Shown here: positions 20,294-29,092 of the stretch, in pieces
Layout of the letters: each line of letters starts with the position of its first letter
Numbering within the stretch: the first letter of the stretch is position 1
Assembly (NCBI GenBank): GCA_964387845.1
Contig: CAYLXA010000007.1
Span: 32,001-96,000, forward strand
DNA length: 64,000 bases
Reading direction: 5' to 3'
Source: an uncultured bacterium
GTDB lineage: Bacteria; Omnitrophota; Omnitrophia; Omnitrophales; Abzuiibacteriaceae
Notes under the pieces: model-generated
The model's database searches: none
Told to the model about the DNA's origin: nothing
The model's input: only the letters and a program-made list of their open reading frames with translations
Made by a program: the position numbers and the translations under genes

Positions 20294-22069
20294 TTAACCA
20301 AAACGCTTTTGCGTTGAGGTAAGTTCGTCGCGAATTTTTTTCGGTAAACGGCTGCCAATCCTATCAAAATGTTCGAGCTGGCTCTTAAGCTCTTCGGCCC
20401 ATTCTGCTTTATCGACCTTGAGAAGCGCTTCCATCGTTTCCTTAGAAAGATTCAAGCCTTCCAAATTAAGCGCGTCCGGAGTCGGCACATTTCCGATCGG
20501 CGTTTCCACTGCCTTTCCTTTTCCTTGGCAACGCTCTAAAATCCAGTTAATGACGCGCAAGTTTTCGCCGAATCCCGGCCACATAAATTTGCCATTTTGA
20601 TCAACCCGGAACCAGTTTACGTGGAAAATTTTGGGCGCATTCTTGATTTTCTTGCCCATATTGACCCAATGCTGAATGTAATCTCCAACGTGATAACCCA
20701 TAAATGGAAGCATTGCCATCGGATCACGGCGGACAACACCGACTGCCGATGTTGCAGCAGCAGTTGTTTCAGAGGCCATGGTGGCACCGATGTAAGTTCC
20801 GTGATTCCAGTTTTTGGATTCATATACAAGCGGCGCTACTTTCGCGCGGCGGCCGCCGAAAATAATCGCGCTCAGAGGAACGCCCTTCGGATTTTGCCAC
20901 TCGGGCGAAATGCACGGACATTGCGCGGCAGGCGCTGCAAAACGGCTGTTCGGATGCGCAGCTTTGTCTTTTGAAGCCGGCGTCCAGTGCTCGCCTTTCC
21001 AATTAATACCTTCTGCGGGAGCGGGCTCGTCGCTTCCTTCCCACCAAAGTGTTTTATCTTTTTTCACAAGCACGTTGGTGTAAACCGTGTTTTTCTGAAT
21101 GGTCGCAAGCGCGTTCGGATTGGATTTGGAATTGGTTCCCGGCACAACACCAAAAAATCCGGCTTCCGGATTAATCGCCCAGAGGCGTCCGTCTTCGCCG
21201 ATGCTGAGCCATGCGATATCGTCACCGACCGTCCAAACTTTGTAGCCTTGTTTACGCAACGCTTCAGGCGCGATCATCATCGCGAGGTTTGTCTTGCCGC
21301 ATTGACTTGGGAAAGCCGCCGCGATGTAATGAATTTCACCTTTTGGATTTTGAATGCCGGTAATCAGCATATGTTCCGCCATCCAACCCTGGGTTTTACC
21401 CAAATAGCTGCCAATCCTGAGTGCCAAACACTTTTTGCCGAGAAGCGCGTTTCCGCCGTATGCGGAACCGACGGACCAAATCGTGTTGTCTTCCGGAAAA
21501 TGCGCAATGAAGCGGCGATTGATGTTGAGGTCAGCCTTACTGTGCAAACAGCGCGTAAATTCCGGAGAATTGCCGAGATGTTTCCAAGCGGCCTCGCCCA
21601 TACGGGTCATGATGCCCATACTGAGCGTGACATACAAACTATCAGTTAATTGAATGCCGACTTTACTGAATTTGGAACCGGCAGGACCCATAATGAAAGG
21701 CACTACGTACATCGTACGGCCCTTCATGGAACCTTTGAAAATACCGGATAATTTTTCGTAAGCTTCTTTGGGTGCCATCCAATTATTCGTCGGGCCTGCG
21801 TCTTCTTTATTTTGTGTACAGATGAAAGTGAGATGTTCGGTGCGGGCAACATCATTGACGTCGGAGCGATGATGATAGCAACCGGGGAGTTTTTTCTGAT
21901 CCAGCTCTTCTAATTCACCTGTTTTGAGGCATTGGCCAATCAGTTCCTTTTTTTCCTGTTCGGAACCATCGCAAAAGTGAATATGATCCGGTTGACAGAG
22001 CTTAGTCATCTCGTCAATCCATTGAAGCGCCGCTTTATTAGAGGTAAGGGTCGTTTCCAGTGTCATCAT
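20294..22069 (-). CDS. pckG: phosphoenolpyruvate carboxykinase (GTP)
   Basis: 591 aa. Kinase-1a and GTP-PEPCK signature regions (AAFPSQCGKTNLAMM, FGGRR). Confidence 0.92.
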   Translation of the reverse strand: MMTLETTLTSNKAALQWIDEMTKLCQPDHIHFCDGSEQEKKELIGQCLKTGELEELDQKKLPGCYHHRSDVNDVARTEHLTFICTQNKEDAGPTNNWMAPKEAYEKLSGIFKGSMKGRTMYVVPFIMGPAGSKFSKVGIQLTDSLYVTLSMGIMTRMGEAAWKHLGNSPEFTRCLHSKADLNINRRFIAHFPEDNTIWSVGSAYGGNALLGKKCLALRIGSYLGKTQGWMAEHMLITGIQNPKGEIHYIAAAFPSQCGKTNLAMMIAPEALRKQGYKVWTVGDDIAWLSIGEDGRLWAINPEAGFFGVVPGTNSKSNPNALATIQKNTVYTNVLVKKDKTLWWEGSDEPAPAEGINWKGEHWTPASKDKAAHPNSRFAAPAAQCPCISPEWQNPKGVPLSAIIFGGRRAKVAPLVYESKNWNHGTYIGATMASETTAAATSAVGVVRRDPMAMLPFMGYHVGDYIQHWVNMGKKIKNAPKIFHVNWFRVDQNGKFMWPGFGENLRVINWILERCQGKGKAVETPIGNVPTPDALNLEGLNLSKETMEALLKVDKAEWAEELKSQLEHFDRIGSRLPKKIRDELTSTQKRFG

Positions 22070-22167
22070 GGCTATTCTTAAAAATCAGATAATATAGATT
22101 ACTTTTTTCGTCAACTTGCAGGCTTTTAGTCTATAAAACTGCGTGAATTTTGTCAAACTGAGAATGG

Positions 22168-22716
22168 CTATCGCCACTTAATGGAGCAACCCATGGAGGG
22201 GACTTGATTTGCAGGAATTGGCTTACCATCAACGAGGCAGTCTATGGCCTCTTTCAACTCCTGTTTCTTCACCTTGGATTCTTCTTTCCAATTGTCATCC
22301 AAGCGGCCGTGATAGACGAGTTCGTGATTAACGTCAAACAGATAAAGGTCGGGGGTGCACTGTGCCTGGAATTTCTTGGCAATTCCCTGCGTTTCATCAA
22401 CCAAATACGGAAATTGCAAATCCCATGCCTCGATATTGTCCCTCATTTTCTCAGGCGCATCTTCCGGATAACCCGGATGAATATTGGGATTAATCGCAAC
22501 CGTGTTCACATCCATTTCTTTGGCGTATTTCGCAAGCTTGATCAAGCGCGGCCAGATTGCCTGTGCGTAAGGACAATGGTTGCACGTAAAAACCACAAGC
22601 AACCCTTTCCTGCCCATGAGCTGCCGGCCCGAAAAATGTTCACCGTATGGATCCGGCAGGTCAAATGCCGGCATTTTGTTTCCGAGCGGAAGTTTTAAAG
22701 ATTCGACGAGTGCCAT
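22168..22716 (-). CDS. thioredoxin-fold redoxin (AhpC/TSA-like thiol-disulfide oxidoreductase)
   Basis: 182 aa. VVFTCNHCPYAQ CxxC-type motif in a thioredoxin-like context. Confidence 0.6.
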   Translation of the reverse strand: MALVESLKLPLGNKMPAFDLPDPYGEHFSGRQLMGRKGLLVVFTCNHCPYAQAIWPRLIKLAKYAKEMDVNTVAINPNIHPGYPEDAPEKMRDNIEAWDLQFPYLVDETQGIAKKFQAQCTPDLYLFDVNHELVYHGRLDDNWKEESKVKKQELKEAIDCLVDGKPIPANQVPSMGCSIKWR

Positions 22717-22790
22717 AATTTTAATATCAAAATCTAAATTTCAAATATCAAAACATCTTTTGAATTTTGATATTTGATATTTGAATTTAT
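22717..22790. repeat. AT-rich palindromic element, copy B (ATATCAAAATCTAAATTTCAAATATCAAAA ... TTTTGATATTTGATATTTGAATTT)
   Basis: Inverted repeat filling the spacer between the TPR-protein stop and the redoxin start. Shares the core AAATTTCAAATATCAAAA with copies A and C. Confidence 0.7.
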
Positions 22791-22798
22791 GTTGCTGG

Positions 22799-24679
22799 TT
22801 ATTGAGGTTTGTCGGTGAAACTTTCTTTCAAGTTATTATAAATTTGCCTGGCTTTTTGATTGTTCGGATCCAAGCTCATCACAGTTTCGAGCGATTTTCT
22901 GGCATCCACATAAAGCCCCTGCGCCAAATATGCGACCGCTAAATTTAAATGTGCTTCCGGGTCATTCCAGTTTTGATTAAGTGCAAACTGAAGCTCCATC
23001 TGAGCCGCATCAAAACGCCGGGCCCGATTATAAAGCATTCCCAGATTCTTGTGAAGCTGCGCTTCCTGCTTAGGCGTCTTTGCGTACTGTAATCCTTCAC
23101 GAAATACGCCGTCCGCCATCGGATACCTTTCCAACTGCGTTAAGCAAACACCGAGAATTCCGTAAATGTCCGGATCATCTTTCTTGCTCCTCAATAGACC
23201 GGCATACTCTTGAGCGCATTGCTCCCAAAGTCCCAATTGATAATAAGATTCGCCGAGCCGCTTGTGGCATTCAATGGTCGGATTGATCTTGCAGGCATTT
23301 TCAAATCCGTCAATCGCGTCTTTTTGCCGCCCGGTTTTTAAATAAAGATTTCCAAGCCGTATGAAAATTTCTGACGGCTGATCAGCATTCATTTCATTGA
23401 TCTCGCCGCGTACGGTTTGACTGGGAGCTGCTTGAAGCGCAAGCGATAGAAAATCGTAGGCTTTCTGATAATTGCCGAGATGAAAGTAAGACCATCCTAA
23501 ATTGCTTAATACTTTCGGATTCCTGTTTTGGATGCGCAGAGCTTCCGTCAATAATTTTGCGGCTTCGTCGTATTTTGCGCGCCTCATCTGAACAGCCGCC
23601 ATATTGATTTTCGCATCGTAATTTTTCGGATCCAAGACAAGCGCACGATTCCATGCGTAAAATGCCGGTTCATAATTTTCCTTGTTAAAATGAGAGATGC
23701 CAAGCCAGTTTAAGGCGTCGGCTTTCATCGGATTTTGGCTGGCGACGGTAAAAAGATCCACGGCGGTACCGAGCTCCTGAATAGCTTCCTCATATTTGCC
23801 CAATTTTGCATATAAAATTCCCAAATCAAGCCGCGCTTGGGGATTTTGAGGATTTAATTTAATCGCCGCCTGCCAGGCCTTGACGGCTTCGTCGGTTTTG
23901 CCGAGTTTGATTTCGAAAACACCAAGCCAATAATAAAAATCGAACGATTGTTCGGTTTGGACTAACTTTTTATAAGCCGACAGCAACTGCCCTGCATATC
24001 CTTGTTCGATAAATTCCGTTCCCTTTTTAAAATCAACTTCCCGGACAAGCCGTATAATTTCGCGGTTCACCGGGTCAAACGCCGTCGGCGTCTGCCGATC
24101 CGCGACAGGATACATCATCGAGCGAGAATCTTTGGTGTGGATGGCACCGAAAAGATGGCCGAGTTCGTGCGCGAGCACAGTTTCCTCCTGGACTTTAAGC
24201 AAAGGCTGCGCCGGATAGCGCATGATGAGGTAGCCGGAAAAGGGCCTCGCGCGCCCAATCACATCGAGGTCGCGAAGGCTCGTTAAATTCTGATAGGACC
24301 GGAGCCGCGTGAGGCCGATGACAATATCAACCTGCGCTTTCTCAAGCGGAAAGCTATTTCTCAAATCTTCGATCAAGTAGCCGGAATCATCGATGTCGCC
24401 TCCGAGCTTCCATTCCCAAACCACCACCGGCACAAAGCGAATTTGAAATTCACGTTCAAAAATTTGGGATGCATAGGCAAGCCGCTCTTTGAATTTTTCT
24501 TTCCAGGCAGTATCCGCGCGGATATCCTGTGTTGCGGCAATGCCGACTCTGAGCTCACGCAAAGTATCCGCATTCGCCGGATAACTCGCTAATAAAATCA
24601 AAAAGAGAAAAGACGGGAAAAATTTTCTAAGAAATGAGACGTGGTTTTGGGTTTGAGGGATAATTGGACATTCCGGCAT
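22799..24679 (-). CDS. secreted metzincin-type zinc metalloprotease domain fused to a long TPR repeat array
   Basis: 626 aa. Signal peptide. AHELGHLFGAIH fits HExxHxxGxxH, with a downstream SRSMMYP Met-turn. At least 10 TPR-like repeats follow. Confidence 0.65.
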   Translation of the reverse strand: MPECPIIPQTQNHVSFLRKFFPSFLFLILLASYPANADTLRELRVGIAATQDIRADTAWKEKFKERLAYASQIFEREFQIRFVPVVVWEWKLGGDIDDSGYLIEDLRNSFPLEKAQVDIVIGLTRLRSYQNLTSLRDLDVIGRARPFSGYLIMRYPAQPLLKVQEETVLAHELGHLFGAIHTKDSRSMMYPVADRQTPTAFDPVNREIIRLVREVDFKKGTEFIEQGYAGQLLSAYKKLVQTEQSFDFYYWLGVFEIKLGKTDEAVKAWQAAIKLNPQNPQARLDLGILYAKLGKYEEAIQELGTAVDLFTVASQNPMKADALNWLGISHFNKENYEPAFYAWNRALVLDPKNYDAKINMAAVQMRRAKYDEAAKLLTEALRIQNRNPKVLSNLGWSYFHLGNYQKAYDFLSLALQAAPSQTVRGEINEMNADQPSEIFIRLGNLYLKTGRQKDAIDGFENACKINPTIECHKRLGESYYQLGLWEQCAQEYAGLLRSKKDDPDIYGILGVCLTQLERYPMADGVFREGLQYAKTPKQEAQLHKNLGMLYNRARRFDAAQMELQFALNQNWNDPEAHLNLAVAYLAQGLYVDARKSLETVMSLDPNNQKARQIYNNLKESFTDKPQ

Positions 24680-26562
24680 TAGCTTGACTTGATGATTCCG
24701 TCTTCCAGCCAGCTGTAGTGGCCATCCAACACATTCATCGCGACTTTGTAGCCCATTTTATCGTCACTTTTAATCAAACCGTGGAACTGACGCTTGATGC
24801 GGCGTTCGGCTTCCCGTGAGAGCATGTTCGCCAGGTCGAGCGGGCTGCGGTCTGTCGGGTTTTTGGCGTAAAGCGCCGCCGCACGTGAGCAGCTGGTTGC
24901 AATTCCAAAGAGATCGCAGCCGATGTTGACAATCCGGAATAAAATCCGCTGTTTTTTCTCGAGTCCCGCTTGATGCTTGACCATCACATGAAAAAGCGAG
25001 CGGGCCAGTTTTCGTGAAGTCCGGTCAACAAAATCAAAATGTTTCCTGAGTTCGCCGGGCACAGGCCCCTTCAGTGACGCACGCTTCCAAAAAAACCACA
25101 GCTGCGGATACCAAACTACGTAAAAAAGTCCGGCTTTAATCGTAATCAGAATTTTATCTTTCAAACTGGTCTTTGGGTTCATGAGCGGCAGGATAAATTT
25201 TAAATGCTGGTCCATCGCTTCGCGCGCGATAAAAAGGCGCATGATTTCGCTTGTGCCTTCAATAATCAAATTAATGCGCACATCGCGCATCGCACGTTCG
25301 ACGGGAATTCCGGCTTCACCGCGTTTGCGGAGCGACTCGGCCGTTTCGTAGCCGCGGCCGCCGCGGATTTGGACCGTATCATCCACCACCCGCCAGCCAC
25401 CTTCCGTACAGAACAGTTTCGCCATCGCCGCTTCCAGCCGGATGTCGCTCTTTTTCTGATCCGCCATGTGCGAACTGAGCAGCATCACACTTTCAATCGC
25501 AAACGTGGTGGCCGCCATGGACGCCAATTTATAAGCAATGGCGTCGTGCTTTCCGATGACAGATCCCCACTGCTCGCGCTCATTGGCCCAATGCCGCGAA
25601 ACGTTCAAACACCATTTCGAAACACCGCTCATGGCAGCCGGTAAAGTCAGGCGGCCGGTATTAAGCGTCATCAAAGCAAGCTTTAATCCTTGCCCAATCC
25701 CCCACAAAATATTTTCCTTCGGGACTTTAACATTATTGAATCTCAACAAGCCGTTTTGAATCCCGTGAAGGCCCATGAAACTGCACCGGTGGATCACTTC
25801 AAAGCCAGGCATACTGGTTTCAACGATAAATGCAGTTATCTTCTTCTTTTCTTTTCCGTTAACCATCACCGGCGTCTGCGCCATCACAATCAAAATATCG
25901 GCTGCCGTGCCGTTCGTGCACCAAAGTTTTTCGCCGTTCAGCACATAATATTCACCGCCTTCAACAGGCGTCGCGGTTGTTTTCATTTTGGCCGGATCAG
26001 ATCCGACATCGGGTTCCGTGAGTGCAAACGCAGAAACAGCGCCCTGGGCAAATCGCGGTAAATATTTTTTCTTCTGCTCTTCCGTTCCGAATAGCATGAG
26101 CGGCTGCGGAACGCCGATTGATTGATGAGCGGAAAGCCACACGGTCGTGGATCCGCAATAACTGGAGATGAGCTGCATTGCGCGGTTGTAATTGAGCTGT
26201 GAAAGCCCGAGGCCGCCGTATTCCTTTGGAACTTTCATCGCAAAACAGCCCAACTTGGCAAGGCCTTCCAAAACTTTCTTCGGAATTTCGCCGGTTTTAT
26301 CGACGGCGTCAGGATCTAAATTTTCACGCAGGAATACTTCAAGCTCTTGGCAAAACCGGTCGCCTACTTTGCGGTCTTCCGGGCTTTGCTCGGGAAACGG
26401 GAAAATCATGTCCCAACAGCATTTGCCCGCAAAAAGCTGCGCCAGGAAACTGGGCTGTTTCCACTCTTTTTCGCGGGATTCTTCCGCAACTTCAAGCGCC
26501 TGTTTCTTGCTTTCGTCGATCCCTTTAACATATTCCATGTTGGTTCCCCGGAATTGATGCAA
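24679..26562 (-). CDS. acyl-CoA dehydrogenase family protein (long form)
   Basis: 627 aa. ACAD N-terminal, middle and C-terminal domains (ITAFIVE..., IGQGLKLAL, ...TVQIRGGRGY). The start may instead be the internal MEYVKG at 26538. Confidence 0.8.
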   Translation of the reverse strand: MHQFRGTNMEYVKGIDESKKQALEVAEESREKEWKQPSFLAQLFAGKCCWDMIFPFPEQSPEDRKVGDRFCQELEVFLRENLDPDAVDKTGEIPKKVLEGLAKLGCFAMKVPKEYGGLGLSQLNYNRAMQLISSYCGSTTVWLSAHQSIGVPQPLMLFGTEEQKKKYLPRFAQGAVSAFALTEPDVGSDPAKMKTTATPVEGGEYYVLNGEKLWCTNGTAADILIVMAQTPVMVNGKEKKKITAFIVETSMPGFEVIHRCSFMGLHGIQNGLLRFNNVKVPKENILWGIGQGLKLALMTLNTGRLTLPAAMSGVSKWCLNVSRHWANEREQWGSVIGKHDAIAYKLASMAATTFAIESVMLLSSHMADQKKSDIRLEAAMAKLFCTEGGWRVVDDTVQIRGGRGYETAESLRKRGEAGIPVERAMRDVRINLIIEGTSEIMRLFIAREAMDQHLKFILPLMNPKTSLKDKILITIKAGLFYVVWYPQLWFFWKRASLKGPVPGELRKHFDFVDRTSRKLARSLFHVMVKHQAGLEKKQRILFRIVNIGCDLFGIATSCSRAAALYAKNPTDRSPLDLANMLSREAERRIKRQFHGLIKSDDKMGYKVAMNVLDGHYSWLEDGIIKSS

Positions 26563-26641
26563 AAGTTAGATTTAACGAGCCATTAAAAGTCTAGATGATA
26601 TATCGACAGAATGGAAGAGTTGAGTGAGCTATTTTTAGGGG

Positions 26642-27148
26642 TCAAAACGGCGATGCGGCGACCAGGGCCGCCTGAATATAAACCAGCTGAATCCACACCG
26701 GAACCGCGCTTGGATCCGATACGCTCCGCTCGCCAGTGACTTTGGTCACGCCGATGGCAATCCAGACAAAACCCGTTAAACGCTTAAAGAAATTTTGAAA
26801 AACCGGTTCCGCGACTGCATCATTCGGAATTTGGAGCAATACCCCAACCAGCACAAGCCCGAGCCAAACCGCGCCGCTCGGCCATCTGGAAAGTTTGCGG
26901 ATATTGACGAAAAAAGCCTGGGCAGCGCAAATCATAAGGACGATACCCATCGCCAAAAAAGAAACGTGGCCGCGCCTTAAAAATGGTTCCAGACAAAACA
27001 AGCCGAATAAAAATGCAAACAAAGGCCATAAGAAAAGGGATTTCGGAATCAAAGAAGACGATTTTGCTTCAAGCAATGCAAAAGTAGCCATCGCGATGAG
27101 AAGCCCTGCCGCAACCCAGTGACTGATGATCGGAATATAGGGATTCAT
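26642..27148 (-). CDS. integral membrane protein (hypothetical)
   Basis: 168 aa, 4-5 predicted TM helices. No recognisable family. Confidence 0.4.
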   Translation of the reverse strand: MNPYIPIISHWVAAGLLIAMATFALLEAKSSSLIPKSLFLWPLFAFLFGLFCLEPFLRRGHVSFLAMGIVLMICAAQAFFVNIRKLSRWPSGAVWLGLVLVGVLLQIPNDAVAEPVFQNFFKRLTGFVWIAIGVTKVTGERSVSDPSAVPVWIQLVYIQAALVAASPF

Positions 27149-27204
27149 TCTGGTTTAAATGACGGCTCAAATTTGGCGATTCTTTAACTCAATAGAGTAT
27201 AATA

Positions 27205-27335
27205 AAACCCAATTTCAAATATCAAAATCTAAAACAAATTCTAAATTTAAATGTTTCAATAGCCGTTTTGAAATTCAATATTTAGTAATTTGAAATTGTT
27301 TGGATATTTGAAATTTGACATTTGAATTTAAATAT
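27205..27335. repeat. AT-rich palindromic element, copy C (extended; AATTTCAAATATCAAAATCTAAAAC ... GGATATTTGAAATTTGACATTTGAATTT)
   Basis: Lies in the divergent spacer between the membrane protein and the Rieske gene. Same core as copies A and B, with additional internal TTTGAAATT repeats. Confidence 0.65.
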
Positions 27336-27346
27336 GAGGAGGACTC

Positions 27347-27652
27347 ATGGGAAATTTCACAAAAGCAGCATCGGCAAAAGATATTCAAGACGGTGCTGGA
27401 GTCGCTGTAGAAGTCGGCGGAAAATCAATTGCTGTTTTTAATTGCGGCGGACAATTCTACGCCATCGATAATACTTGCAAACATCGCGGCGGCCCGCTTG
27501 GGGAAGGCAGTTTGGACGGCAATGTGGTCACCTGCCCCTGGCACGGCTGGCAATTTGATATTACAAACGGAAATTGTGTCACCAACCCTGCCGGTAAAGT
27601 GGAGTCTTATCCTGTCAAAGTCGAAGGCAGCGATATTTTAGTTGAGATTTAG
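27347..27652 (+). CDS. Rieske [2Fe-2S] domain protein (NirD-like small ferredoxin)
   Basis: 101 aa. CKHRGGPL ... CPWHGWQF Rieske Cys/His boxes. GGAGG Shine-Dalgarno 7 nt upstream. Confidence 0.8.
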   Translation: MGNFTKAASAKDIQDGAGVAVEVGGKSIAVFNCGGQFYAIDNTCKHRGGPLGEGSLDGNVVTCPWHGWQFDITNGNCVTNPAGKVESYPVKVEGSDILVEI

Positions 27653-27664
27653 AAAAAACTTGTT

Positions 27665-28210
27665 TTATTGAACTGTCTGCTCCGTAAACGCGAGCATGCG
27701 GTCGGCCTTCTCGATCTCGCGGCGGCACTCTTCAATTTCTTCCTGGGCTTTTAGCGATTGGCGTGCGAACTTCCGGTGTTCCTCAAGCGCCTCCGCTTCA
27801 ACCGCGCGCGCCGCTCTCAATTTTTCGTGGAGATCTAAAATAATATCAGCATCACGCTCATTACTGCGTTCCATGCGGCTCTGCTCGATAAAAAGCTGCC
27901 AGGCTTCCTGCTTGCGCTGTTCGTAAACTATTCTTGAATCCTCAACCCGGCTGCTTAATTTCTTGATTTTGGCATTTAATGTTTCTATTTTATTTTCACA
28001 AAAACGCTTCATCTGTTTTGCCGACAAAATTCCCGGGCCGGATTCTATTTTGCTGCCTTTCTGATCTTTCTTGAAAATGCTTTTAATTCGATGCGCAATC
28101 GACTCCTGCTTCTCGCCTGCATTCGCCGCAAAAATAATTTGCCGGCCGGGTAAACATAGTAAAACAAAAAGAAGAATTCGAATGAAGAGCTGCGCCAACC
28201 GAAGAGACAT
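27665..28210 (-). CDS. secreted coiled-coil protein (hypothetical)
   Basis: 181 aa. Signal peptide. Charged Glu/Arg/Lys-rich heptads. Confidence 0.35.
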   Translation of the reverse strand: MSLRLAQLFIRILLFVLLCLPGRQIIFAANAGEKQESIAHRIKSIFKKDQKGSKIESGPGILSAKQMKRFCENKIETLNAKIKKLSSRVEDSRIVYEQRKQEAWQLFIEQSRMERSNERDADIILDLHEKLRAARAVEAEALEEHRKFARQSLKAQEEIEECRREIEKADRMLAFTEQTVQ

Positions 28211-28212
28211 GA

Positions 28213-28617
28213 TTACAAGCTTTCCGAAAGTTTAATGATTTCGCCGCGAACCTGATCATTCATGGGCATCACAGACAATCTGGACATGCGGACAAGCTCC
28301 CAATTTTTCATCTTAGAATTTTGCTTGATTGCCTGCAATGAAACCGGCTGCTTCAACATTTTGTTAACCGCAATATCAATAACGGCTAGCTTGGTGTTTT
28401 TCTGATCCGGATAAGAATCGCTCACGGCTTTTGCGATTCCGACAATCGATTTTTCATCGCCGGAGTGATAGATAAAAATTTCATCTCCCTTTTGGATGGA
28501 GCGTAAATGCTTCAAGGCGAGATTATTTGCAACACCGTCCCAGGTCGTTTGCCGGTCTTTCACAAGATCCTGCCAGGAATAAGTCTCGGGATCCGATTTA
28601 AAAAGCCAGCTGCTCAT
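28213..28617 (-). CDS. EVE (PUA-like) domain protein
   Basis: The start is probably MSSWLFKSDPETYSW, giving a 4-nt overlap with the upstream lipoprotein gene. The track ORF has a 25-aa basic extension. EVE-like core WLFKSDP...IFIYHSG...GIAKAV. Confidence 0.6.
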   Translation of the reverse strand: MSSWLFKSDPETYSWQDLVKDRQTTWDGVANNLALKHLRSIQKGDEIFIYHSGDEKSIVGIAKAVSDSYPDQKNTKLAVIDIAVNKMLKQPVSLQAIKQNSKMKNWELVRMSRLSVMPMNDQVRGEIIKLSESL

Positions 28618-29066
28618 GGCTTTTCTTTTTGTGCCGCCTTTGGAGTGATGCGCGGAAGGATTTCGGTAGGTTCGGCGACCGCTTCTTCCCATTTCAAAAG
28701 CCGGTCGCCTTTAAAATAAAGGCGGTAAGTTTCCTTGCCCGTATCGCTCGGCGGAAAGAAAAACGCAGCACCCAAACTTCCGATGATTCCGACTGTCCGG
28801 TCAAGCGACTTTAGAAAGCGGTCATATTGGCCTTTGTATGGAAAAAGGCGGTAATCCCAAACTTCCGTGATTTTCGAATTCGGGTCTTCTGATTCGTAAT
28901 AAAGTTCGTAGGATTTACCCAGAGCCTTTAACACATCTTGCTTGGTAGAATCTTCCGGGAGGCTGTCGATTTTCCGGCTTGTTGAAACACAGCCTGCTAA
29001 AACCGAAACGCACAACACAAAACTCAAGATTCGAAATGTTGGATGCATGAGTTGCATGATAATCAA
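28614..29066 (-). CDS. lipoprotein (hypothetical)
   Basis: 150 aa. Lipobox LAGC after a hydrophobic leader. Confidence 0.45.
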   Translation of the reverse strand: MIIMQLMHPTFRILSFVLCVSVLAGCVSTSRKIDSLPEDSTKQDVLKALGKSYELYYESEDPNSKITEVWDYRLFPYKGQYDRFLKSLDRTVGIIGSLGAAFFFPPSDTGKETYRLYFKGDRLLKWEEAVAEPTEILPRITPKAAQKEKP

Positions 29067-29092
29067 TCCCAGCTTGAATGTCCAGAATCAGC

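Noticed and set aside
16071-27335. Whether the AT-rich repeats could be a CRISPR array
   Set aside because: The copies are thousands of bp apart, each is an inverted repeat rather than a direct repeat, and there is no regular repeat-spacer periodicity or cas gene.
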